Source of the DNA: Squalus acanthias
Lineage: Eukaryota
DNA: 64,000 nt
Assembly (NCBI GenBank): GCA_030390025.1
Contig: CM059438.1
Location: 57,972,001-58,036,000, forward strand
Reading direction: 5' to 3'
Shown: positions 35,615-48,167 of the stretch, in pieces
Layout: every line of letters starts with the position of its first letter
How positions within the stretch are numbered: the first letter of the stretch is position 1
The notes under the pieces: model-generated
Told to the model about the DNA's origin: nothing
What the model saw: the letters and a program-made list of their open reading frames with translations, nothing else
Databases searched by the model: none
Program-made: the position numbers and the translations under genes

Positions 35615-36060
35615 AGAAAGAAAGAAGGCACTTAATTATGTCCTCAGGACATCCCAAAGGACTTTACAAATAACAGATTACTTTTTACTTGCAGTCACTG
35701 TGGTTATATAGGCAAATGTGGCAATCATAGGCCATTTAGCCCCTCAAGCCTGTTCCGCCATTCAATGAAATTACAGCTGATCTGTCATCTAGCTCCTTAT
35801 TACGTACATCAAAGTCCCACAAACAGAAGATGAATGACCAGATAATTGTTTCTTGGTGGAGGTATTTATGTTGGCAAGAACACCAGGAGAACTTCCTGTT
35901 CTTCTTCAAAAAGACCCTATGTTATCTTTTATATTCACTTGAGCAAGTAGATGTAGGCTCAATGTAATACCTCATCCAAAATATGACATTTGACAATGCA
36001 GCACTCTCTCAGTACTTCACTGAAATGGCAGCCTCAATTATGTGCTCATGTCCATAAATG
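35615..36060 (-). mobile_element. Old Deu-domain SINE with a short CR1 tail inserted
   Basis: Similar to 7081-7460; CR1 tail at about 35726-35795. Confidence 0.7.
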
Positions 36061-36217
36061 GATTAAGATGAACACACTATTTGACTAAAACATTAAAATA
36101 ATTACCATAAATTGAATATGTCCTGAATGATATAATTGGATGTCTATCTTGTTTAATACAATAGTTACATTATATTTTGTTTGTCCTTAAGATGGTAGGA
36201 AACTCATTTGTACTCAC

Positions 36218-36257
36218 TTTGTTTATTCATTCTCGAAGCTATATTGTCAGGCCTGAA
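36218..36257 (-). CDS. 40-nt exon FRPDNIASRMNKQ (phase 0 to 1) of the membrane-protein gene
   Basis: Acceptor ttttttgtttctctttatag, donor gtgagt; phases bridge exons 37506-37759 and 12478-12634. Confidence 0.8.
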
Positions 36258-37505
36258 CTATAAAGAGAAACAAAAAATATTGCGAATCAGATGAAGGTAA
36301 GACATAAATACTGCTATGTAGAATCTAATGTACAACAAAGCGTGCATTAATTAGTTGAGCTGGAAATGCTTCTATTTTTGTTGATTATGCTCTCCAATGC
36401 TTTTCTTCATTACTTTTAGTTCGTGTTTGGTTTGATGTGGCACCATGCAAAGATGAAAGAATGGATGTATCTTTGGGGGTTCCAACCATGCTGCATAATT
36501 GAAATAAGAAAGATAAGTTCACGCAGGTGCAATGACCACTGAGACATCCCGGCCACACCTGCAAATCCTGTCTTTGCCTCTTCTGTTTGACTAGAAAAGC
36601 AGCTATCAAATTGTTCCATTTGTTACCCAATGCTCTACATACAAAATCTGGATTAGGGATGACTCTTCCCACAGAAGTGAAGATTATCAAACCATGAAAT
36701 GTTCTTATCACCCCATCCTTCCAAGCAACCTCAGGAAACATCTGCCACAAAAGGCAGTCTGCAGTGCACACATGAATCAGGGAAGTGACAATAGCTACAT
36801 TGGCAAGGGGTAATAGCCTGATTACTTTTCCTGTGGAAAAGAGGCATCATTTGAACAAGATATACACTTTCCACTAGATGACACATGTAGGGTGGCACAT
36901 GGAACTCATGTAGGTGTCAGAGATCTTCATATCAACCCCATGGCCTGTATGAAGTTTGCAATCAGTTAATGCTCAAGTGGTACTTAACCACAGAAACATA
37001 ATCATGCATGTAGGGTGGGGCGACCGCAGCCCAGATTATTTTTGTGGGCCCTGGAGGTGCACTTCTGCTCCTCGAGGTCCACAAAAATAATTGACCACTT
37101 ACCTTTAGTGGGCCATCGCCCATGGAACTATCAGAGTCTGCACTGCACAGGCTCTGACCAGTTCCTATCTAAAATGGCAATTGGGTCCAATTAAGTTAAA
37201 GGACCCTGATTTCCATATTAAAAGGGGTCTTTCGCCTGAAGTAGGCGGGCATTTTGGACACCTGGTGGTAGGCCCCTTTTAAAATGGAGACAGCCATATC
37301 GCCGATATTATCGGGGGTAGTAATGCTACTGACCCCATTTTGAGGCAGTTACCGCCCCATTAACGTCAGGCGAAGGCACTCAAGACCAACCCCACTAATT
37401 GGACAGTGCATTTTATGTACACCGAAGTAAGGTGGTTACACATATGTCTGAGCTTTGACATTTCAATGATACTTTGAAATGTGTTTTGTGATCTGAACCA
37501 CTCAC

Positions 37506-37759
37506 CTTCTTATCGATTATGATCACTGCCTTAGTAGTAGTATTTGGAGATAAAGACCCAGAAGGAGCTAGAGATGGAATTGAAGCTGCAGTTGGTACAG
37601 AATTCAAATTTGAAGTCAAACTGGAAGCCAAAGTTGCAGTAGGAACTTCTTTGATAATTATTTCCAATGGAGCAGCTGTAGGTGATATGAGAGCTGTAAC
37701 ATTCTCAGATTCTGACCAAGCTAGATCAAAATTGGATAAAAGAGGATCATCAATCAATA
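37506..37759 (-). CDS. Ser/Thr/Pro-rich stalk exon (phase 1 to 0)
   Basis: Acceptor cctttcttttaataacag, donor AAG|gtgagt; 84 open codons LIDDPLLSNF..TTTKAVIIIDKK with NVT and NTT sequons. Confidence 0.8.
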
Positions 37760-38485
37760 CTGTTATTAAAAGAAAGGTTAAAGGTTAAATTAAAACCAGA
37801 TATGTGGCATTTCACATTTTTTAAATGTAGGATAGAATTTGAAGATATTGGCCTAGAAATTGGACAAGGCCCGAAAATAGGTGCGGGGATCGCGATGTGC
37901 GATTAACCCGCGCCTATTCCTTCTGATGCAGGCAGCACGCAAACTTCGTGCTGCCTGCTAATTTAAATGATAGTAGCGTGCAGTCCAGCGCTGAACGCAC
38001 TGTTGAGTAGCTGCTTGCCTCAGCTGAGGGCCCAAGATCATGCGAGGCTAGCACCACTTCAAGGTAACCTGCACGACTTAAGCCAGTTTAAAGGGGAGGT
38101 GTATTCTGGCTGGAGCAGATGCAGTAAGTGGCTGGGGAAGACATTCGGAGCAAGAAGAACACTGTACTTAAATAGAAACAAAAAATATTGTGAATCAGAT
38201 GAAGGTGAGACATGAATGCTATGTAGAACCTACTGTACAACAAACCGTGCATTAATTAGTTCAGCTGGAAATGCCTCTATTCTTGTTTATTATGCTCTCC
38301 AATGCTTTTTGTCATTAGTTTTAGTTTAGTTTAGAAGAACACCAATGGCACAACAGGGCAGAGAGCGGGCTCCAAGGTTCTCAGATGCAGCACTGGAGGC
38401 TATGCTGCAGGAGGTGGACAGGAGGAGTGAGGTCCTCTATCCACAGGGGGCCAGGAGGCCCTCCAGACAAACTGTGAAAAGGCAG

Positions 38486-39815
38486 TAACAACAGAAAATG
38501 CTGGAAACACTCAGCAGGTCAGGCAGCATCCGTGAAGAGAGAAAAACAGAGTTAACGTTTCAGGTCGATGACCCTTCGTCAGAACTGGAAAAAGTTAGAG
38601 ACGTAACAGATTTTTAAGCAAGTGTCGGGGCAGGGAAAGGGAAGAGGGGAGGAAAGAAAAAAAGGGAAGGTCTGTGATAGGATGGAAGGCAGGAGAGATT
38701 AAAAGACAAAAGGGATGATGGTGCAAGGCAAAAGGAGATGGTAATGGGACAAGTTAAGAAACAAAAGATGACTCTGGATGAGGTGTAAATGGCAATGGCA
38801 GAATCATCAACAGCTGCCATGTGAGAGAAAAAAAAGTGAAAAAAGAATAAGGGCCGAGGTTATGGTCTGAAATTGTTGAACTCGATGTTGATTCCAGAAG
38901 GTGGTAAAGTGCCTAATCGGAAGATGAGGTGCTGTTCCTCGAGCTTACGTTGAGCTTCGTTGCAACAGTGTAAGAGGCCAAGGATGGAGAGGTCAGAGTG
39001 GGAGTGGAGCGGAGAATTAAAGTGACAGGCGACCGGAAGTGAGTGGGCTTATAGTAAATGTTTGTCACTAGCCTATCCCCAAAAATGGAGACAGAGAAGT
39101 CAAGGAAGGAAAGGGAAGAGTCGGAGATGGACCATGTGAAGATGAGGGAAGGGTGGAAATTGGAAGCGAAGTGTATTAAATTTTCTAGTTCAGGGCGAGA
39201 GCAGGAAATGGCATTGATACAGTCATCAATGTACCGGAAAAAGAGGTGAGGGAGGGAACCGGAGTAGGACTGGAAAAAGAATGTTCCACATATCCCACGA
39301 AAAGGCAGGCATAGCTAGCACCCATGCAGGTTCCCATAGCAACACCTTTAATTTGGAGGAAGTGAGTGGAATCAAAGGAGAAGTTGTTCAATGTGAGAAC
39401 AAGTTCAGCCAGGCGGAGGAGGGTGGTGGTGGATGGGGACTGGTTGGGCCTCTGTTCAAGGAAGGAGCGGAGCACCTTCAGGCCATCCTGGTGGGAGAGG
39501 TGTAGAGGGATTGGACGTCCATAGTGAAAAGGAGACGGTTGGGGCCAGGAAACTGTTAAAGTGGCGGAGGGCATCGGAAGAGTCGCAAATGGAGATAGGA
39601 AGAGACCGGACAAGGGGAAAAAAAAGAGTTGAGATTGGAAGAAATCAGTTCCGTGGGGCAAGAACAGGCTGAAACGATGGGTCTACCGGGGCAGTCCTGT
39701 TTGTGGATCTTGGGAAGGAGGTAGAAGCAGGCTGTGTGGGGTTGGGGAACTATGAGGTCGACAGCCATGGAGGGAAGATCTCCAGAGGAGATGAGGTCAG
39801 TGACAGTCTTGGAAA
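38486..39815 (-). mobile_element. Penelope-like retroelement, truncated and internally deleted
   Basis: FYLLPKIHK..PGRPIVS, QIKGVAMGT RT motifs; GIY-YIG C-terminus EEQHLIFRLGTLPPSGINIEF; terminal repeat with hammerhead. Confidence 0.9.
38550..38586 (-). ncRNA. Minimal hammerhead ribozyme motif in the Penelope terminal repeat
   Basis: agtt-CTGACGA-a-GGGTC atc GACCT-GAAA-CGTT-aact. Confidence 0.7.
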
Positions 39816-41780
39816 CGCAATGGCAGCAGATAGCCGTCACGGTCAATGCCAGCAGTGTAGCATCGAGGACCTGGATGTAGTGCCTTAAGAAGTTTAATGA
39901 CATCACACGAGTGGTCAAGGTCAGTGAATTCATCTTCAAATGCCATATCGTTACAACTGAATCACTAGGCTCAGACACTGCTCAATGCACCACACCCCCC
40001 TTCACTCACCTGCCAACAATCTCTATCAATCACGACTGATACCTTACATTCATAGCTTCACCTCACCCTCACACACATAACACTGCTGCAAACCTCACAC
40101 CCACCTATTCAACCATGACAGGCACATCACCCAAACACATTGCTGATAGACTTCCCTCTCTCTTGCAGGAAAAGGAAGCTCATAACCGGAGGCAGCAGGG
40201 GCTACCCGCAGGGAGACAAGCTCACCCGTATGACCTAACGCCCCTGGAGGAGACGGTGCTGGAGATTATTGCAGGAGCCATCGCTGAGCTCGTGGCCATC
40301 GCCGAGCTCAGGCCCAGCGGCAGGGCTGAAACCATTGAATATGACGGTATCCTCATACCTAATCCTCCTTCCCCCATCCCACTTCCCCCTCATCCCACAA
40401 TCTCTTCTGATTTACCAGCTACAGATTGTGTAAGCATGCACAAATGAAATGTTTGGTGCATTGGCAGGCCTGCCAGGAAGCCTGCGTGCAATGTCAAGAA
40501 GCATGGAGGAGTCTGGCACCAACTTAGCACAGGGCTTTGCGAAGAGCTTGGGAGCCCATCCTTTCCAGCATGGAAATGATGGCCAACTCCACTAACTCCA
40601 TGGTGCAGCATCTGATTCTCAGCTTCCATTACAGCACAAGCAGAAGCCACCCAAAGTCTGGGTGCTGCAGTAGAAGCTCAGAGTTCTGTCAAGCAAGCTC
40701 AGCTTGCTGCCATTGTGGCTGCGATTACCAGTGTTGAAAGGGGCTTGCAAGGTGTCACAGCAGTGCAGCAATATGTCCTCTAATGATTACTAAGATTGCT
40801 GAGGTGCCGCCCCCGGGGAAGTGGCAGTGGCTCCGTGGAACACTAATCTGCTGCCCTCTCTCAAAATGACAGCATTCGTCCTACCACCAGTGCCCTTGCT
40901 TTAGCCCATCAGCCGGCCAGCCTGGACTGCTGCTGCTATGCAAATTTGGTGCATTTCGAAGCCAGGCCTTCTAGGCCCAGAGCTGCTCGAGGTTGTCCTC
41001 CAAGGCCATCTGCAGTCTCCCCCACTGAAAGTCAGCAGCCTTCCACCAGTCATGCTGCAGCCACTGGGGTAGCATTGTGTAGGAGCACTAGGATAGGTAA
41101 AGGCACATGGAAGACATGCACTAAGGGAATGCACAAGGGTGATTAGTTGACTTTGGTATGTAATATTGGATGGTTTGATTTATAAATTTGGTTTGGAAAG
41201 TTTGGTTTGTGGTGGCTTTTATTGTAGCATTGTGGCAGAGGACGCTCTGATGGTCAGCAACAGAGGGAAGGTACGGTGTGGGAGTGTTGGTGAATGGGGA
41301 ATTGGGGTTACGTTCACTGGTACCGCAGTAGGATGAGTCGATCACAGACAGCCTGGCCAGAAAGGATTGGTTGCCTCCTCCCTTCCTCTTCCTCCTCAGC
41401 TCTTCGCTGTATACCTGGTGGCAAGGAGTCTGCCCTCATGATGGTGAGGTTGTGCAGCATGCAGCAGACCATGACAAATTTTGAGACACGCTCTGGCAAG
41501 TACTACAGGGCTCCTCCAGAGCAGTACAGATAGCAGAAGTGTGGTTTAAGCACCCCAATGGTCTGCTTGATCACATTACGCGTGGCAGCATGGCTTTCGT
41601 TATATGCATGCTGCCCATGTGTGTTTGGGTTGCACACCGGAGTCATGAGTCAGGTGGTCAGTGGATAGCCCTCGTCACCCAGTAGCCACTCTCTGGTTTG
41701 TCCTGATGGCTCAAATGCAGATGGTACAGCGGACTGCTGCAGAATAAAGGCTTCATGACTGGCTGCCAGGATACTGAGTA

Positions 41781-42077
41781 CAGGAAACTCTCTTTTAACC
41801 GACACCTAAATATCCGGAAATCTCTCTTAACCGGCAAAATTCAGGAGTAGGTTCAGGTAAGTTTTACTATATATTAGTGGCCGTGTAACCGGGGTTCCTG
41901 GATCTGTGGCCATGTAACCGGGACTCCTGCACAAGTGCCGTGTAACTGGGGCTCCTGCACCTGTGGCCGTGTACGGGGCTCTCGTACCTTGGTAAGTATA
42001 CCTCTCTGTAATCCGGACTTTTTGATCAACCGGCACCACGCCGGTCCCGTCGGTGCCGGTTAATAAAGAGTTTCCTG
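41781..42077. mobile_element. Tc1/mariner (pogo/Tigger-like) MITE
   Basis: 26-bp imperfect TIR caggaaactct.. / ..agagtttcctg, TA duplicated; removal restores TQVNTQYPGS. Confidence 0.85.
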
Positions 42078-42687
42078 TATTGACCTGAGTGATGCGCTGA
42101 GTATGGTCACACACCAGCTGGACATTGAAGGAGTGGAATCCATTCCGGTTGCAGTACATCTCCGAATTCACATGCAGCGCCCACAAAGTGACGTGTGTGC
42201 AGTCAACGACACCCTGCACTGTGGGGAAGCATGCTATCCTGCCGAAGCCGCGTGCTCGCTCCGCCTGCTTCTCTCTGGCAAGAGATTAGGAAATGTATAC
42301 ACCCCTCTTTGCATACAGAGCCTCAGTAACCTCCCTTAGACAACAGTGCACAACAAACTGAGAGATGTTGGAAATAGCGCCTGCTCCAGCCTCCAAAGAG
42401 CCCGACACATAAACATTCATGGCCATGCTTGCCTTCACAGCCATCCTTGCCCTGCTATGAACATAAGAACATAAGAAATAGGAACAGGAGTAGGCTATTC
42501 AGCCACTCGAGCCTGCTCCGCCATTCAATAAGATCATGGCTGATCTTCCACCTCAACTCAACTTTCCTGCACTATCCCCATATCCCTTAACATACAAAAG
42601 TCTATCGATCCCTGTCTTGAATATGCTCAATGACTGAGCCTCCACAGCCTTCTGAGGTAGAGAATTCCAAAGATTCACCACCCTCTG

Positions 42688-44140
42688 TGTAAGGTTTCCA
42701 AAATTTACAGATCCCCAAAACCTAAGGAAAAAGGACTTTGGAACTACCTCAGTGATAAAAATGCATTTGGGCCTAACCTAAGGAATATAAGACCAAAACC
42801 CAAGTTTTGGCATTTTATAAACATGTCTGGGCCTGTAAAGGAAGAAAAGGCTGTAAAGGAAGTTGGGTACGACCTCTGTAAAAGCAGTTTTGGTTATTGC
42901 AGTTAATTGCATTGTCTGGGGACCGGGATGAACCTACTCAAGCCCCCAGCAGGCATTAACATTTTGACAATAGACCCTGGGAGAAGACAGTCCCACCCAA
43001 AATAACAGGCCCCATCAAACCGATTACAGGGCCCATCAGAAAACATGCACAATACAAATCACTCAGGACCAGTTCTATAGAAAAGACTGAGTCCAGCCTA
43101 GAAACCCAAAACATGAGGACAATTCAAACTCCGATTAAACAACAGATCGACAGGATGGAGCTATCCTGAAACCACTTCACACATTTACAAAACCAGTTAA
43201 CACGCTAGTAAAGTCGTTACTGTTAACAAGGCCTCAAATCTTACAATGACCGGGATTTGATTTTGGTTTTGATAAGGAAGCTTCAATTAGTATAATTGAA
43301 AGGCTGTTTTCTCAAGAAGCCAGTTCAGCAGGTACAACAGTTCAAGTTCAACAGAAGGCAGTTCTGCAGTTTCGACTTCAATTGAAAGCCTGTCTTCAGC
43401 AGAAGTCAGTGCTGGAGTTACAGAGTTCAGGAGAAGCAAAGAGAAGGCAGTTCCACAGTTCTGCAAGAAGACCTGATGCGGAGATGCCGGTGTTGGACTG
43501 GGGTGGACAAAAGTGAGAAGTCGCACAACACCAGGTTATAGTTCAACTATCACCTGGTGTTCTGCAAGAAGACAGTTACAGTTCTGCAAGTTACAGTTCT
43601 GCAAGAAGGCAGTTCCACAGCTCGGAAGAAGACAGTTTAAACAGAGGCAGAGTTCAACAGAAAGAAGTTCAACAAAGAAGGCCAACAGCTCCAGAAGTAG
43701 GCCGACACGCAAGAAGAGACCAGAGCGACCATCTCAGTGACCATCGGACACCTCGCAGCAACAAGGGCCTTATGAAACTTTTACTCAAAGACTCTAAACC
43801 CTAACTCTCAACTGTCAAGAATTCGTTTGGTGAGCATTATCCCTGGTTCTCTGGAGTCCAACCTAGCTAGTGAAGTGGGATTGGGAGGGGTGAAGTATTC
43901 TTCTAATGTTCTTTCCCTCGCTGGTACCGAAGTGTTCCCCACTTTTAGAGTGTTAAGAGTGTTTGTGTTGTGTTTTACTTTCTTGAATAAAGATCGAAGT
44001 TCTTTCATCAAACTCAGTTGTCTGCTGCACCTTTTATCACAACCCCCAAATAAGTCCAAGGTCTAGAACCAAGGGAGTGGGAACGATTCGAACTGCTCAG
44101 AAGTCAGAGGTGAAGCTGACACAAAACACCACCCCCTACA
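42688..44140 (+). mobile_element. Solo LTR, 1453 bp
   Basis: TGTAAGG..CCCTACA, 4-bp TSD tctg, AATAAA at about 43986; removal restores CR1 sequence. Confidence 0.85.
43473..43558. mobile_element. Short Penelope-type terminal fragment with partial foldback
   Basis: caccaggttatag-ttcaa-ctatcacctggtg; flanked by gttctgcaagaagac. Confidence 0.5.
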
Positions 44141-47100
44141 TCTGAGTGAAGAAATTTCCCCTCATCTCAGTCCTAAATGGCCAACCCCTTATTCTGAGAC
44201 TGTGACCCCTCATTCTAGACCCCCACAGCCAGGGGAAATATCCTCCCTGCATCTACCCTGTCAAGCACTGTAAGAATTTTGTATGTTTCAATGAGATCAC
44301 CTCTCATTCTTCTAAACTCTAGAGAATATAGGCCTAGTCTACTCAATCTCTCCTCATAGGGCAAACCCCCCATCTCAGGAATCAGTCTGGTGAACCTTTG
44401 TTGCACTCCCTCTATGGCAAGTATATCCTTCCTTAGGTAAGGAGACCAAAACTGTACACAATACTCCAGGTGTGGTCTCACCAGGGCCCTATATAATTGT
44501 AGTAAGACGCCTTTACTCTTATACTCAAATCCTCTTGTAATAAAGACCAACATACCATTTGCTTTCCTAATTGCTTGCTGTACCTGCATGTTAACTTTCA
44601 GTGATTTGTGTACAGGGACACCCACGTCCCTCTGAACACCAACATTTCCCAATCTCTCACCATTTAAAAAATACTCTGCTTTTCTATTTTTCCTACCAAA
44701 GTGGATAACTTCACATTTCTCCACATTATATTCCATTTGCCATGTTCTTCCCACTTACTTACCTGTCTATATCCCCTTGCAGCCTCTTTGCATCCTCCTC
44801 ACAACTTACATTCCCACCCAGCTTTGTATCGTCAGCAAACTTGGATATATTACATTTGGTCCCCTCATCCAAATCATTGATATAGATTGTGCTTAGCTCA
44901 GGCCCAAGCACTGATCCTTGCGGTACTCCACTAGTTAGAGCCTGCCAACCTGAAAATGACCAGTTTATTCCTACTCTCTGTTTTCTGTCCATTAACCAAT
45001 CCTCAATTCATGCTAGTATATTACCTCCCAATCCAATGAGCCCTAATTTTGTTTAATAACCTCTTGTGCGGCACCTTATCAAATGCCTTCTGAAAATCCA
45101 AATATACCACATCCACTGAAATTCCCCTTTATGTATTCTGCTAGTTACAACCTCAAAAAACGCTAACAGATTCGTCAAACACGATTTCCCTTTCATAAAT
45201 CCGTGTCGACTCTGCCCAATCCTATTATTATTTTCTAAGTGCCCTGTTACCATGTCCTTAATAATAGATTCTAGCATTTTCCCTACTACTGATGTCAGGC
45301 TAACTGGTATGTAGTTTCCGTTTTCTCTCTCCCTCCTTTCTTAAATAGTGGGGTTACATTTGCTACCTTCCAATCCACGGGAACCATTCTAGAATCTATG
45401 GAGTTTTGGAAGATGACAACCAATGCATCGACTATCTCTATAGCCACTTCTTTTAAAACCCTAGGATGTAGGCCATCAGGTTCAGGGGATTTATCGGCTT
45501 TCAGTCCCATTAATTTCTCCAGTACTTTTTTTTACTAATATTAATTTCTTTCAGTTCCTCATTCTCGCTAGACCCTTGGTTCTCCACTATTTCCGGGAGG
45601 TTTTTTGCGTCTTCTTCCGTGAAGACAGAACCAAGTATTTGTTTAATTTCACTGGCATTTCCTTATTCCCCATTATAATTTCTCCTGTCTCAGCCTGTAC
45701 GGGACCCACGTTTACCTTCGCTAATCTTTTCCTATTTACATACCTATAGAAGCTTTTACAGTCTGATTTTATGTCTCTCGCTAGTTCACTCTCATATTCT
45801 ATTTTCCCTTTCTTTATCAATTTCTTGGTCCTCCTTTGCTGAATTCTAAAATCCTACCAATCCTCAGGCTTACTACTCTTTTTGGCAACATTATAAGCCT
45901 CTTCCTTTAATCTAATACTATCTTTAATTTCTCTTATTAGCCACGGTTGGACCACTTTTCCCGTGGTGTTTTTATTCCTTAAGGGAATGTATATTCGTTG
46001 CGAATTATGAATTGTTTCTTCAAATGTTTGCCATTGCTTTTCTACTGTCATATCTTTTAATTTAGTTTCCCAACCTACCTTAGCCAACTCGCCTTTCATA
46101 CCTACGTAGTTTGCTTTGATCAGGTTTCGGACCCAAGTTTCAGACTTAACTGAATCACTCTCAAACTCAACATAAAATTCTATCATATTATCATCACTGC
46201 TCCCCAGAGTCTCCTTTACTACAAGGTTTTTAATTAACCCCGTCTCATTGCACAGTACTAGATCTAAAATAACCAATTCCCTTGTAGGTTCCTTGACATA
46301 CTGATCTAGAAAACTATCTTGAATGCATTCCATGAACTCTTCCTCTGCATTAGTTCTGCAAATTTGAGGCTGCAGTTCAGCCTGCAACAGGTGGCAGATT
46401 TCAGTAAGCACATACTCAGTGAAGCGGAGACATCGCATACACTGTTACTCGCTGGGGTTGAGGGAGGAGAATTGCTCCTTGAAGACCCTGGATGGATGTG
46501 GCCCCCTGCCGAGAGCCCTTCTTCCCGCCTCCTCCTCGCTTTTTGAGCAGCTTGTCCTCCTCTGTGCTGCCTCTGTTCATTCTCCCCGTCATGCTGCAGG
46601 CTAAGGGATATACAAACAACGTGAGGTGCTGTGAGTATTTGAACTCACTTTCGCGGGCTTTTCTTCACAGGCTGTTGTCGGGAGCGACGAGACCGGAGGT
46701 GCTGTGAGGTGCTGTGAGTATTTGAACTCACTTTCGCGGGCTTTTCTTCACAGGCTGTTGTCGGGAGCGACGAGACCGGAAGCGGACCAGGTGGGAAGCA
46801 CCCAGGTGAACGGCATTTAAGGAGGGTGGTGGCTTAAACCTGAGTTCCTACAGAGTAGGAACCCCCACCCGCCCTCCTCCTCTAACCTACTAGTCTTTTA
46901 GCAGTCTAAAAACAGAGGTCACAAATTTTTTGGTCTCAGTTTCTTTTCAGCAGGGCAGGAACCGGGAGGAGCGGGAAGTCGGCGTAGGACCAAGGGGACA
47001 CAAGACCGGGAAGTCAGCGAAAGACCAGGGAGGTAAGACTAACTGGTAAGTACTTTCCTCAAACCTTCCTAGAAAGTAAAACTAAAACTAGTGGGATTTG

Positions 47101-47220
47101 GTTAGTTTAAAAAGGAATAAGAGGAGTACAGTATACATTGGTCTAAGTAAGCTTCGGGAAAACAAAAGTCAATAAATAAACTAAAACTAGAAAATTAAAA
47201 AGTAATATAAGGGTTAAGTC

Positions 47221-48167
47221 ATGGCAGTAGAGCTCGGACCTGTGTCATGCTCCTCCTGTAACATGTGGGAAATCAGGGACGCTTCCTGTGTCCCTGACAA
47301 CCATGTGTGCGGGAAGTGTGTCCAGCTGCAGCTCATGTGGGACCGCATGACGGCCCTTGAGCTGCGGATGGACTCACTTTGGAGCATCCACGATTCTGAG
47401 AGGGTTGTGGATAACACATTTAGTGAGTTGGTCACACCGCAGGTTAAGGCCAGCGTAGATAGTACATGGGTGACCAAAAGGCAGAGCAAGGGCAGGAAGG
47501 TAGTGCAGAAATCCCCTGGGGTTGTCTCCCTTAGCAACAGGTTCACCGCCTTAGGTGCTGTTGTCGGGGGGGATGACTCATCGGGGGAAGGCACCAGCAG
47601 CCAGGCTCATGGCACCATGACTGGCTCTGTTGCAAAGAAGGGAGGGAAAAAGAGTGGCAGGGCTATAGTAATAGGGGATTCGATTGTAAGGGGAATAGAT
47701 AGGGGTTTCTGTGGTCGCGACCGAGACTCCAGGATGGTATGTTGCCTCCCTGGTGCAAGGGTCAAGGATGTCTCGGCGCGGGTGCAGAACATTCTGAAAG
47801 GGGAGGGGGAACAGCCAGTTATCGTGATACATGTTGGTACCAACGACGTAGCTAAAAAAAGGGAAGAGGTCCTACAAGTAGAATTTAGGGAGTTAGGAGC
47901 CAAGCTAAAAAGTAGGACCTCGAAGGTAGTAATCTCTGGATTACTACCAGTGCCACGTGCTAGTAAGAGTACAGAGAACAGGATAGTTAGGCTAAATACG
48001 TGGCTTGAGCAGTGGTGTAAGAGGGAGGGTTTTAAATTTTTGAGGCATTGGAACCAGTTTTGTGGTAGGTGTGACCTATACAAAAGGGATGGTCTACACC
48101 TGTGCAAAGATGGACTGATGTTCTCGGGGTAATTTTTGATAAAGCAGTTCGGGAGCATTTAAACTAG
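47221..48167 (+). pseudogene. CR1 ORF1p with a late 1-bp frameshift near 48113
   Basis: GDSIVR, HVGTND, DGLH; original stop inferred at 48165-48167 by alignment to 22255. Confidence 0.9.

Larger units (their letters stand above)
38345..41146 (+). pseudogene. Spliced Harbinger Myb/SANT gene, exon 1 split by Penelope
   Basis: MAQQGRERAPRFSDAALEAML..KRQ / WQQIA..KKFNDITRVVK|gtcag; exon 2 LTPLEETVLEII. Confidence 0.85.
42461..46364 (-). mobile_element. 5'-truncated CR1 interrupted by a solo LTR
   Basis: ORF2 fragments 44215-46345; 3' tail at 42461. Confidence 0.92.

Noticed and set aside
36385..36771. 128-aa ORF in the intron between the stalk exons
   Set aside because: No motif or splice support; overlaps the duplicated intronic segment
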